DNA from: Leidyana gryllorum EB-2025a
Taxonomy: Eukaryota > Protista > Apicomplexa
Assembly (NCBI GenBank): GCA_048772705.1
Contig: JBLWGC010000202.1
Span: forward strand, 124,001 to 188,000
Reading direction: 5' to 3'
DNA: 64,000 bases
In this document: positions 10,252 to 20,597 of the stretch, one piece after another
Layout: the number at the start of each line of letters is the position of its first letter
How positions within the stretch are numbered: position 1 is the first letter of the stretch
Notes under the pieces: generated by a model
Databases searched by the model: none
What the model saw: only the letters and a program-made list of their open reading frames with translations
Told to the model about the DNA's origin: nothing
Translations under genes and position numbers: made by a program

Positions 10252-12432
10252 CTACTCGAGGTCAAACATGTTGGTATGGTACATAGGCAGCCCTATTTTA
10301 ATTGGCTTGTCTCCTTTTGTGACGCATCCGAGACTGCACCTCCCGGTCGCTTCTCCACGACTGGCTCTCTGACGCAACTCCTCAATGATGTTTTGTGCGT
10401 CAGCGAATAGACGCAAGGCGCAGCATCTGTAGGGATCATCTGGATACTCTTCCAGCGACTTCCGGAGCTTTGGAAAGCGCACAGGAACTTCGAATCGGTG
10501 GAGCGAGTTGTCAATGCGCTTGTAACCCAACAATGGGGCGTGCAGAGTAGCCGAGAGAGTACCCTCGGCAGAGTCCACGTGCGGCCTCGTGAGCTCTACT
10601 ATCCAGGCCTCTTCCATTGGCTGACGTTGGACACACAAGAAGCCTATTTTCTGGCAGTCCCGGTTCAGGACGAAGAGATAGTCCTCGCATCTGATCCTCA
10701 GGTGCTGAACGGTGTCGCCAAGGTGATCCATGCCCATTTCGGATGTCAGATAAGGGAGGTAGTCATTCAGATGATGGGGGAGCTCTTTTTTCCAAGCCCA
10801 GGACCCATTCTGGGCGTCTTGGAGCAGGTGGAGTGAAGGCTGGTTCAGTCGACCACAGATAAGATGCGAGGTGCCATCGTCAGGCGTGTAGTACACTCCA
10901 TCGGGGAAGAAGCCTGCACGAAGCACTACCAGTGGCCAGACCTCAAGTGCTGGCGATCTTATCAGCTTCTTGGGGTTCACGCACACATAGCCTCTCAACG
11001 TCCCGAGGGAGCTTTTGGGCTCATAAAGAGTGAAGGTTACCTTGCCGACTCGGAGGCCGTCCTTGTCCTTTCCGAGCAGATTGTGCGCCACCTCTACAGC
11101 CTCCGCGTACTGATCTGGACTATCCTTCCCATCTTCGCCTAAAATGCCAGGAAACTCGTAACGACAGAAATATCGCAGCGCAGGCGCCTGTCTGGAGAAG
11201 TAGTAACTCATCCCTGAGCTATCCCATGCTTCAAGCAAGTTCGTTCCATCCTCGAAACACCAAACTCTGCCCTCCTTGGTCTCCAAAAAGTACTCCTGCA
11301 ACCCTTCCGACTGGAGTTCGTGTTTGATCCTGTCCACCACCGAGTAGGGTATTGGCGTCTTTGTCTTAGGACATCCCACAGGTGCACCAAGCACAAACCA
11401 CTGGAGGGGAGCACCTCGGTAGCGCATTCTCGCACCTGACATCGCCTTCCACGTACATTGCATTCGACTTGACCGGAACACTTTCCGGCATTTATCCCGC
11501 CTCGTCCTGTGGAAGGCTTCATCGACTCCCGCATTGGTGTGATATCCTTCGTTTGGACCCAATGCCCAGTAGACGAAGCATTCTTCTGGTCTGTCGGACG
11601 AGCCCACCATAATCCGAAGATGGTTGCCATACTTCGCCAGCCACTCCGGAGGGACGCTATTCAGTGCTTCCTTCAATAGAGGGGCATTGCGGAAGAAGGA
11701 ATGTGAACTCGTGTAATTCTCATCGTCTCCTTGGCTCGAAGAGAACCAACAGTTGATTAAGTTCGTCGATACCTGACCGGACTTCCCTCGCGTCACTTGC
11801 AGCAATACCTTTCTCCATTGTGAGGTGGCTGCACTCAGCTCCACACCTCCCTCTGACTTGTTTGAACACGAAGCCTTGTGATGCGAGTGGTGCCCACCCC
11901 TTTCCGTGTGTCCAGCCGGATTGATCCCAGCCTGTGGAGCCACTTTGCCGATTTGGTGCGTGCCAATCAAGTCTATACACCAGTGTTGGGGATCGATGGA
12001 GTGATTGTTCCATCGTGGTCCGTCGGACTCTCCCGTTGTTTGCAAGGAACTGCTCTCGACGCCATCAACATTGCTTTGGACGATCCAGTCGAGCCAACAA
12101 ATCCGTCTTGCCCCATGCTCTGGCCTTGTCAGGTAGACACAGTCGCCCACGCCACCTGTGCGAGAAGCGGCGATGACCTGGTGATTTTTCATGTAACTCT
12201 TGGTCCAGTAATGGTTATCCATCGCAGTCAACACAGCATCGGATATTTCGTTAAAACCGCTCACGCCTCTAAGCGACCCAGCCCCCGCAAGGCTACCAAC
12301 GTTCCCATCCTCAACCGGTGTGTGACTCGAAGCTGTGCAATCGGTTGAAGGGACGAGAACAGCGCATCCCACTTCTAGTGGCCACAATCCAGCAGCGTGA
12401 CTCTTTTTTGATTGGACATGGGGAGCTCTCAT
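10252..12432 (-). CDS. LWPLEV-family array copy 3, 726 aa
   Basis: Intronless ORF starting MRAPHV..GLWPLEVGCAVLV, with family motifs throughout. Confidence 0.85.
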   Translation of the reverse strand: MRAPHVQSKKSHAAGLWPLEVGCAVLVPSTDCTASSHTPVEDGNVGSLAGAGSLRGVSGFNEISDAVLTAMDNHYWTKSYMKNHQVIAASRTGGVGDCVYLTRPEHGARRICWLDWIVQSNVDGVESSSLQTTGESDGPRWNNHSIDPQHWCIDLIGTHQIGKVAPQAGINPAGHTERGGHHSHHKASCSNKSEGGVELSAATSQWRKVLLQVTRGKSGQVSTNLINCWFSSSQGDDENYTSSHSFFRNAPLLKEALNSVPPEWLAKYGNHLRIMVGSSDRPEECFVYWALGPNEGYHTNAGVDEAFHRTRRDKCRKVFRSSRMQCTWKAMSGARMRYRGAPLQWFVLGAPVGCPKTKTPIPYSVVDRIKHELQSEGLQEYFLETKEGRVWCFEDGTNLLEAWDSSGMSYYFSRQAPALRYFCRYEFPGILGEDGKDSPDQYAEAVEVAHNLLGKDKDGLRVGKVTFTLYEPKSSLGTLRGYVCVNPKKLIRSPALEVWPLVVLRAGFFPDGVYYTPDDGTSHLICGRLNQPSLHLLQDAQNGSWAWKKELPHHLNDYLPYLTSEMGMDHLGDTVQHLRIRCEDYLFVLNRDCQKIGFLCVQRQPMEEAWIVELTRPHVDSAEGTLSATLHAPLLGYKRIDNSLHRFEVPVRFPKLRKSLEEYPDDPYRCCALRLFADAQNIIEELRQRASRGEATGRCSLGCVTKGDKPIKIGLPMYHTNMFDLE

Positions 12433-12804
12433 CGGCGATTCGGTGTTCTCAATTGACAATTCCAAATATGCAATGTGGACGAACTATGGGAAGAGGAAAA
12501 AAGACTCATCGTTTCATCCGCCGTACATCCGGATGGAATCCTCGCAGTCGTCAAAAATGCTCTTACACTGCAGGGTGACTACATCAGAATACTTTGAGGT
12601 CGCAAAGCAGCAGCATATCTGGTCACCAACAGCTTAGATTTCCAGGGTTTGTTTGGCAGGACGTTATGCAAAATTCTCCGTCTCCATGCATTGAAAGACG
12701 ATTCCACATCATTTATCGTGCCGTCCACCAAAATCGCGTTGAAAACGTCAGAAAGGATTCCATACGTCTAATCGAGTCGCGTGCAGCGTAATCTCCCCTC
12801 ATAG

Positions 12805-14957
12805 CTAAAACCAGAATACGTTATCTGACACACGAGTTCCAACTTGCACTGCTTCGTTTCCGTATGTGAAGGGGCCAAATTGCTTCTTCTTTACTCCAGA
12901 CGAAGCAGCTCTCCGTCGCACCTCCTCCATAATCTCAGGGGCATTGCCGAATAACCGTAAGGCCCACGTCTTGTCAATTGCCGGTCGCTCTGCTGACCGC
13001 TCGAGCCCTGGGAGGTGCAGAGGGACATCGAAGTGGTAACTAGTCACCGATTTGGAGAAGTTTCGGTATCGAGTGACACACAAAGTGGCCTTACCGACGC
13101 TGGGGCGACGCCATGAGATTCGACAGACCCAAAGCGTCTCTCTCGGTGCACCTTGATAACAGACGAGCCCTATTTTTTCAGAGTTCTCGCTCAACATGTA
13201 GAGATACTCCTTCCCGGCAATCTTTTGGTATTGAATACTGTCCTGACCGGGCACGTAGGCCATTTCCTTCTCCAGATAGGGTTGAAATCGTTCCAAGTGC
13301 GCGGGAAGGTCATGGCTTCAGGAGTGGAGCTCGCTGTCAACCCCTTCGCGGAGTCTGAGCGGAAGTTGGTTCGGTCGCCCGCACACGAGTGATGAGGTAC
13401 CATCCAGAGGCGCATAGTAAACACCGTCAGGATTAGAGGGTACCCGAAGCCTTCAACTTCGACAACAGGTGTAAGGGTGGAAGTCCTACGTCCAAATCCT
13501 TCGGGGTGACACATACATAGGCTTCAATTTCTTCAGCTGGTTTCTTGAAACGATGTTCGGCGAGCTTCAGTTTCCCAACTCGAAGGCCGTCGGCGCCGAG
13601 CAGAGTTTGTGCCACCTCTTTGGCCTGTTGGAACTCAGCTGAACCCTCCGCCTCCTTGCCGTCTAGAATGTCAGAGAAATCAAATCGACATGAAAACCTC
13701 GTGTCAGGGTTCCGCGTACTCCTGAAACAGGACATGCCGGCTTCATCCCAAGCTTCGAGAACCGTCAATCCGTGCTTGTACACCCAGGCTGTGCCCTTTT
13801 TGTTCTCGGAGAAATGCTTCTGCAGGCCGGCCCGTCCGACTCTATTCCTGATGCTGTTAACGAACGAAGCGTCCATCCGGTCCCCCGTCCCGGTCCACAC
13901 CATACGGCCGCCCGATAGAGCCGTCTGAAGGGGAGTCCCTTCGTCATGTAAGCGCGTACCAGAGATAGCCTCCCAGGTTACTTTCAATCGATTCGATAGC
14001 AAGAGTTTCCTGCACCTGTCCAGCGGAGCGCTCGATCGACTCTCTCATCCGTGTGATACCCCTCGTGTGGACCCAGTGCCCAATAGACGAAGCGTTCTTC
14101 TGGGTTGTCTGACGAGCCCACAATGATGTGACACTCTCCATCGTACTTGTTCAGCCACCTTAGAGGCATTTCATCCAGTGCTTTCTTTAATAAAGGGGCA
14201 TTTTGGAAGAAGCAGTGTGACGTCGTGTAGTTCTGATCGTCTTCTTCTCGCGCCGGGAACCAGCAGCAGAACCTGTGAACTCGTGATGCACCCGACTTCA
14301 TTCCGTGCACTCGCATCGTTGCACATTTGAGCCCCACAGGCTGTTGATTTGCACCGTCTGACTTGTCTCCGAGCCAAACTTTCTCACCGGAAGTCCAGCG
14401 GTTTCTGCTTCGTCTCCAGCCAACTGGAGCCAAGCGTTTGTCATCGCTCGGTCGACTTGCTGCGCGTCATGGAAGTCGATCAACCAATAATCGTCATCGT
14501 TTCGGCTACTGTTCGACTCCAAGTTGGTTAACATTCCCGCTGCTTGCGATGTCTTCGGCATAACGCCGTCTCGTTTCTTGTGATCGACTGCGTTACACCA
14601 TAGCATCCGTCTCTCGTCATTCTCGGGATTTGTCAGATACACAAAATCGCCTTCGCCCTCGTTGTGATAAGCGGCGATGACGTTACGATTTTTGATGTAA
14701 AACTCGTTCCAGTTTTGGTCTTTCACCGCAGTCAACACAGCATCAGATATCTCGTTTGGGCCATTTCTCCCCACTTCCTCGAGACGCTTGGCCGCCGCAC
14801 CGCTACGCGGGTTCCCATCCTCCTCAACGATAGTGTGGCCTGCGCCGTTACTCGAAGCTGTGCTGTCGGTCGAATTGACGAGAACAGCGGCTGCCACTTC
14901 AAGCGGCCACAATCCAACGGCATCACTCTTTTCTGTTTGGAAATGAGGAGCTCTCAT
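12805..14957 (-). pseudogene. LWPLEV-family array copy 4, frameshifted pseudogene
   Basis: Collinear with copies 5 and 6 but split into four ORFs. Lesions: 4-nt deletion near 14392, 10-nt deletion near 14025, 1-nt insertion near 13433, TGG>TGA near 13319. Confidence 0.85.
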
Positions 14958-15039
14958 CGACGCTTCGGTGTTCTTTTTTCCACAAATCTAATTATGCAAT
15001 GTCGGCATTGTGGACGGGCAGATATTCAACGGTCTCATC

Positions 15040-15185
15040 CGCCGTATATCAAGATGGAATCCTCACAATCGTCAAACATCCCGTCACACTGCAGGCTGAC
15101 AACGTCAGAATACTTTGAGGTCGCAGAGCAGCAGCAATGGCTTATCTGGTCACCAACAGCATAGATTCCCAGGGTTTGTTTGGGA
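15040..15185 (-). promoter_or_regulatory. Conserved non-coding block about 90-230 nt upstream of the array ATGs (representative copy)
   Basis: The plus-strand pattern GATGGAATCCTC..TCGTCAAA..CACTGCAGG..TCAGAATACTTTGAGGTCGCA..GCAGCAGCA..GGTCACCAACAGC recurs near 12530-12650, 15055-15180, 17607-17735 and 20163-20285, and more divergently near 22840-22940 and 25490-25610. Indels between copies break any reading frame. Confidence 0.45.
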
Positions 15186-15332
15186 GGACGTTTTGTCACA
15201 TTCTCCGTCTCAATACATTGAAAGACGCTTCCACACCACTTATGGTGCCGTCCACCATGTAATCGCGTTGAGAACGTCAGAAAGGATTCCATCCGTCTAA
15301 TCGAGTCGCGTCAGCGCAGTCTCTCCTCATAG

Positions 15333-17510
15333 CTAAAACCAGAATACATTATTCGACATACGAGTTCCAACTGTCACTGCTTTGTTTCCATATTTGGAGT
15401 GGCCATTTTGCTTTGGCTTCACCCCATCATTAGGAGCTCTCCGTCGCACCTCCTCCATAATCTCGGGGGCATTGCCGAATAACCGTAAAGCCCACGTCTT
15501 GTCAATTGCTTGTCGCTTTGCTGACCGCTCGATCTCTGGGATCTTGATGTCTGGGAAGTGCAGAGGAACATCGAAGTCGTGACAGGTCACCGAGTCGGAG
15601 AAGCCTTGGTATTCCGTGACGAACAGAGTGGCCTTATCGACGCTGGTGCGACGCCATGAGATTCGACAGACCCAAAGCGTTTCCCTCGGTGCACGTTGAT
15701 AACAGACGAGCCCTATTTTTTGAGAGTCCTCGCTCAACATGTAGAGATACTCCTTCTCGTCAATCTTTTGGTATTGAATACTGTCCTGACCGGGCACGTA
15801 GGCCATTTCCTTCTCCAGATAGGGTTGAAATCGTTCCAAGTGCGCGGGAAGGTCATGGCTCCAGCTGTGGACCTCGCTGTTAGCCCCTTCGAGGAGTCTG
15901 AGCGGAGGTTGGTTCGGTCGCCCGCACACGAGTAATGAGGTACCATCCAGAGACGCATAGTAGACACCGTCAGGATAGAGGGTACCCGAAGCCTTCAACT
16001 TCGACAACAGGTGTAAGGGTGGAAGTCCTACGTCCAAATCCTTCGGGGTGACACATACATAGGCTTCAATTTCTTCAGCTGGTTTCTTGAAACGATGTTC
16101 GGCGAGCTTCAGTTTCCCAACTCGAAGGCCGTCGGCGCCGAGCAGAGTTTGTGCCACCTCTTTGGCCTGTTGGAACTCAGCTGAACCCTCCGCCTCCTTG
16201 CCGTCTAGAATGTCAGAGAAATCAAATCGACATGAAAACCTAGTGTCAGGGTGCATGGTACTCCTGTAACAGGTCATGCCGGCTTCATCCCAAGCTTTGA
16301 GAACCGTCAATCCGTGCTTGTACACCCAGGCTGTGCCCTTTTTGTTCTCGGAGAAATACTTCTGTAGGCCGGCCCGTTCGACTTCTCTCTTGAGGCTGTT
16401 GACGAAGAAAGGGTCCATTTTCTCCCCCGTCCCGGTCCACAACATACTGCTGCCCGATAGAGCCCTCCAAAGGGGAGTGCCTGGGTAATGTAAGCGCGTA
16501 CCAGAGATAGCCTCCCAGGTTACTTCCAATCGATTCGATAGCAAGAGTTTCCTGCACCTGTCCAGCATCCTGTCATGGAGAGCTCGATCGACTCCCTCAT
16601 CCGTGTGATACCCCTCGTGTGGACCCAATGCCCAATAGACGAACCGTTCTTCTGGGTTGTCTGACGAGCCCACAATGATGTGACACTCTCTATCGCACTT
16701 GTTCAGCCACCTTTCAGGGATTTCATCCAGTGCTTTCTTCAGTAAAGGGGCATTTTGGAAGAAGCAGTGTGACGTCGTGTAGTTCTGATCGTCTTCTTCT
16801 CGCACCGGGAACCAGCAGCGAAACCCGTGAACTCGTGATACACCCGACTTCATTCCGTCCACTCGCATCGTTGCACTTTTGAGCCCCACAATCTGTTGAT
16901 TTGCACCGTCTGACTTGTCTCCGAGCCAAACTTTCTCACCGGAAGAGAGTCCAGCGCTTTCTGCTTCGTCTCCAGCCGACTGGAGCCAAGCGTTTGTCAT
17001 CGCTCGGTTGACTTGCTGCCAGTCATGGAAGTCGATGAACCAATAATCGTCATCGTCTCGGCGGCTATTCAATGAGTCGGTGAACATTCCCGCTGCTTGC
17101 GATGTCTTCGTCTTGACTCCGTCTCGTTTCTTGTGATCGACTGCGTTACACCATAGCATCCGTCTCTCGTCATTCTCGGGATTTGTCAGATACACAAAAT
17201 CGCCTTCGCCCTCGTTGTGATAAGCGGCGATGACGTTACGATTTTTGATGTAAAACTCGTTCCAGTTTTGGTCTTTCACCGCAGTCAACACAGCATCAGA
17301 TATCTCGTTTGGGCCATTTCTCCCCACTTCCTCGAGACGCTTGGCCGCCGCACCGCTACGCGGGTTCCCATCCTCCTCAACGATAGTGTGGCCTGCGCCG
17401 TTACTCGAAGCTGTGCTGTCGGTCGAATTGACGAGAACAGCGGCTGCCACTTCAAGCGGCCACAATCCAACGGCATCACTCTTTTCTGTTTGGAAATGAG
17501 GAGCTCTCAT
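15333..17510 (-). CDS. LWPLEV-family array copy 5, 725 aa
   Basis: Intact intronless ORF with family motifs. Confidence 0.9.
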   Translation of the reverse strand: MRAPHFQTEKSDAVGLWPLEVAAAVLVNSTDSTASSNGAGHTIVEEDGNPRSGAAAKRLEEVGRNGPNEISDAVLTAVKDQNWNEFYIKNRNVIAAYHNEGEGDFVYLTNPENDERRMLWCNAVDHKKRDGVKTKTSQAAGMFTDSLNSRRDDDDYWFIDFHDWQQVNRAMTNAWLQSAGDEAESAGLSSGEKVWLGDKSDGANQQIVGLKSATMRVDGMKSGVSRVHGFRCWFPVREEDDQNYTTSHCFFQNAPLLKKALDEIPERWLNKCDRECHIIVGSSDNPEERFVYWALGPHEGYHTDEGVDRALHDRMLDRCRKLLLSNRLEVTWEAISGTRLHYPGTPLWRALSGSSMLWTGTGEKMDPFFVNSLKREVERAGLQKYFSENKKGTAWVYKHGLTVLKAWDEAGMTCYRSTMHPDTRFSCRFDFSDILDGKEAEGSAEFQQAKEVAQTLLGADGLRVGKLKLAEHRFKKPAEEIEAYVCVTPKDLDVGLPPLHLLSKLKASGTLYPDGVYYASLDGTSLLVCGRPNQPPLRLLEGANSEVHSWSHDLPAHLERFQPYLEKEMAYVPGQDSIQYQKIDEKEYLYMLSEDSQKIGLVCYQRAPRETLWVCRISWRRTSVDKATLFVTEYQGFSDSVTCHDFDVPLHFPDIKIPEIERSAKRQAIDKTWALRLFGNAPEIMEEVRRRAPNDGVKPKQNGHSKYGNKAVTVGTRMSNNVFWF

Positions 17511-17885
17511 CGACGCTTCGGTGTTCTTTTTTCCACAAATCTAATTATGCAATGTCGGCATTGTGGACGGGCAGATATTCAACGGTCTCATCCGCCGTAT
17601 ATCAAGATGGAATCCTCACAATCGTCAAACATCCCGTCACACTGCAGGCTGACAACGTCAGAATACTTTGAGGTCGCAGAGCAGCAGCAATGGCTTATCT
17701 GGTCACCAACAGCATAGATTCCCAGGGTTTGTTTGGGAGGACGTTTTGTCACATTCTCCGTCTCAATACATTGAAAGACGCTTCCACACCATTTATGGTG
17801 CCGTCCACCATGTAATCGCGTTGAGAACGTCAGAAAGGATTCCATCCGTCTAATCGAGTCGCGTCAGCGCAGTCTCTCCTCATAG

Positions 17886-20066
17886 CTAAAACCAGAATAC
17901 ATTATCCGACATATGAGTTCCAACTTTCACTGCTTTGTTTCCATATTTGAAGGGGCCAAATTGCTTTGGCTTTACCCCATCATTAGGAGCTCTCCGTCGC
18001 ACCTCCTCCATAATCTCGGGGGCATTGCCGAATAACCGTAAAGCCCACGTCTTGTCAATTGCTTGTCGCTTTGCTGACCGCTCGATCTCTGGGATCTTGA
18101 TGTCTGGGAAGTGCAGAGGGACATCGAAGTCGTGATAGGTCACCGAGTCGGAGAAGCCTTGGTATTCCGTGACGAACAGAGTGGCCTTATCGACGCTGGT
18201 GCGACGCCATGAGATTCGACAGACCCAAAGCGTTTCCCTCGGTGCACGTTGATAACAGACGAGCCCTATTTTTTGAGAGTCCTCGCTCAACATGTAGAGA
18301 TACTCCTTCTCGTCAATCTTTTGGTATTGAATACTGTCCTGACCGGGCACGTAGGCCATTTCCTTCTCCAGATAGGGTCGAAATCGTTCCAAGTGCGCGG
18401 GAAGGTCATGGCTCCAGCTGTGGACCTCGCTGTTAGCCCCTTCGAGGAGTCTGAGCGGAGGTTGGTTCGGTCGCCCGCACACGAGTAATGAGGTACCATC
18501 CAGAGACGCATAGTAGACACCGTCAGGATAGAGGGTACCCGAAGCCTTCAACTTCGACAACAGGTGTAAGGGTGGAAGTCCTACGTCCAAATCCTTCGGG
18601 GTGACACATACATAGGCTTCAATTTCTTCAGCTGGTTTCTTGAAACGATGTTCGGCGAGCTTCAGTTTCCCAACTCGAAGGCCGTCGGCGCCGAGCAGAG
18701 TTTGTGCCACCTCTTTGGCCTGTTGGAACTCAGCTGAACCCTCCGCCTCCTTGCCGTCTAGAATGTCAGAGAAATCAAACCGACATGAAAACCTCGTGTC
18801 AGGGTTCCGCGTACTCCTGAAACAGGACATGCCGGCTTCATCCCAAGCTTCGAGAACCGTCAATCCGTGCTTGTACACCCAGGCTGTGCCCTTTTTGTTC
18901 TCGGAGAAATGCTTCTGCAGGCCGGCCCGTCCGACTTCTATCTTGATGCTGTTTACGAACAAAGGGTCCATCCAGTCCCCCGTCCCGGTCCACACCATAC
19001 GGCCGCCCGATAGAGCCGTCCGAAGGGGAGTCCCTTGGCCATGTAACCGCGTACCAGAGAGAGCCTCCCAGGTTACTTCCAATCGATAAAATAGCAAGAG
19101 TTTCCTGCACCTGTCCAGCATCCTGTCATGGAAAGCTCGATCGACTCCCTCATTCGTGTGATACCCCTCGTGTGGACCCAATGCCCAATAGACGAAGCGT
19201 TCTTCTGGGTTGTCTGACGAGCCCACAATGATGCGGCACTCTCTATCGTACTTCTTCAGCCACCTGAGAGGCATTTCATCCAGTGCTTTCTTCAATAAAG
19301 GGGCATTTTGGAAGAAGCAGTGTGACGTCGTGTAGTTCTGATAGTCTTCTTCTCGCACCGGGAACCAGCAGCGAAACCCGTGAACTCGTGATGCACCCGA
19401 CTTCATTCCGTGCACTCGCATCGTTGCACATTTGAGCCCCACAATCTGTTGATTTGCACCGTCTGACTTGTCTCCCGGCCACACTTTCTCACCGGAAGAG
19501 AGTCCAGCGGTTTCTGCTTCGTCTCCAGCCGACTGGAGCCAAGCGTTTGTCATCGCTCGGTCGACTTGCTGCGCGTCATGGAAGTCGATCAACCAATAAT
19601 CGTCATCGTCTCGGCGACTGTTCGACTCCAAGTTGGTTAACATTCCCGCTGCTTGCGATGTCTTCGGCATAACGCCGTCTCGCTTCTTGTGATCGACTGC
19701 GTTACACCATAGCATCCGTCTCTCGTCATTCTCGGGATTTGTCAGATACACAAAATCGCCTTCGCCCTCGTTGTGATAAGCGGCGATGACGTTATGAGTT
19801 TTGATGTAAAACTCGTTCCAGTTTTGGTCTTTCACCGCAGTCAACACAGCATCAGATATCTCGTTTGGGCCATTTCTCCCCACTTCCTCGAGACGCTTGG
19901 CCGCCGCACCGCTACGCGGGTTCCCATCCTCCTCAACGATAGTGTGGCCTGCGCCGTTACTCGAAGCTGTGCTGTCGGCCGAACCGACGAGAACAGCGGC
20001 TGCCACTTCAAGCGGCCACAATCCAACGGCATCACTCTTTTCTGTTTGGAAATGAGGAGCTCTCAT
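17886..20066 (-). CDS. LWPLEV-family array copy 6, 726 aa
   Basis: Intact intronless ORF, near-identical to copy 5 in its N- and C-terminal parts. Confidence 0.9.
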   Translation of the reverse strand: MRAPHFQTEKSDAVGLWPLEVAAAVLVGSADSTASSNGAGHTIVEEDGNPRSGAAAKRLEEVGRNGPNEISDAVLTAVKDQNWNEFYIKTHNVIAAYHNEGEGDFVYLTNPENDERRMLWCNAVDHKKRDGVMPKTSQAAGMLTNLESNSRRDDDDYWLIDFHDAQQVDRAMTNAWLQSAGDEAETAGLSSGEKVWPGDKSDGANQQIVGLKCATMRVHGMKSGASRVHGFRCWFPVREEDYQNYTTSHCFFQNAPLLKKALDEMPLRWLKKYDRECRIIVGSSDNPEERFVYWALGPHEGYHTNEGVDRAFHDRMLDRCRKLLLFYRLEVTWEALSGTRLHGQGTPLRTALSGGRMVWTGTGDWMDPLFVNSIKIEVGRAGLQKHFSENKKGTAWVYKHGLTVLEAWDEAGMSCFRSTRNPDTRFSCRFDFSDILDGKEAEGSAEFQQAKEVAQTLLGADGLRVGKLKLAEHRFKKPAEEIEAYVCVTPKDLDVGLPPLHLLSKLKASGTLYPDGVYYASLDGTSLLVCGRPNQPPLRLLEGANSEVHSWSHDLPAHLERFRPYLEKEMAYVPGQDSIQYQKIDEKEYLYMLSEDSQKIGLVCYQRAPRETLWVCRISWRRTSVDKATLFVTEYQGFSDSVTYHDFDVPLHFPDIKIPEIERSAKRQAIDKTWALRLFGNAPEIMEEVRRRAPNDGVKPKQFGPFKYGNKAVKVGTHMSDNVFWF

Positions 20067-20597
20067 CGACGCTTCGGTGTTCTTTTTTCCACAAATCTAA
20101 TTATGCAATGTCGGCATTGTGGACGGGGCAAATATTCAACGGTCTCATCCGCCGTATATCGGGATGGAATCCTCACAATCGTCAAACATCCCGTCACACT
20201 GCAGCTGACAACGTCGGAATACTTTGAGGTCGCACAACAGCAGCAATGACTTAGCTGCTCACCAATAGCTTAGATTTCCAGGTTCGTTCGGGAGAACTTT
20301 GCGTCGGTTGCTTCTCAGCAAGGGACACCGATTGCTCACAAAAACACTGGAAGAGGCCTCTCTCCCACACTATACACAATACACTGTACACTTTGCCATT
20401 CACGATGTATCTATTCAGTCAACGTGAAAGCTGCAAACTAATTAAGCACTCAAGCTGTCAAATGTAGTGGATTGAATATTTTCAGATCCAATCCATTCAA
20501 TGAAATCAATGAAAGCACGCGGTAGTCAAGCCGAACATGCAGTCCCTGGTTCCCTCATAATCGGTTGGCTCCGATTGAGTCGCGCAATTCTTCACAC

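Larger units (their letters stand above)
12805..20260. repeat. Three recent tandem units of about 2.55 kb (gene plus spacer)
   Basis: Starts at 14957, 17510 and 20066 (spacing 2553 and 2556). Long near-identical stretches; for example the antisense ORFs 14664-15164 and 17217-17717 are identical. Confidence 0.9.

Noticed and set aside
14664-15292. Recurrent antisense and upstream ORFs near each array gene start
   Set aside because: They recur because the DNA is duplicated. Their frames are broken by indels in other copies, and variation is synonymous only in the LWPLEV frame.
12805-20260. 2.55-kb repeats as a transposon, CRISPR-like array or DGR
   Set aside because: There is no transposase or RT, no terminal repeats and no repeat-spacer pattern. 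Differences between copies are not obviously adenine-specific.
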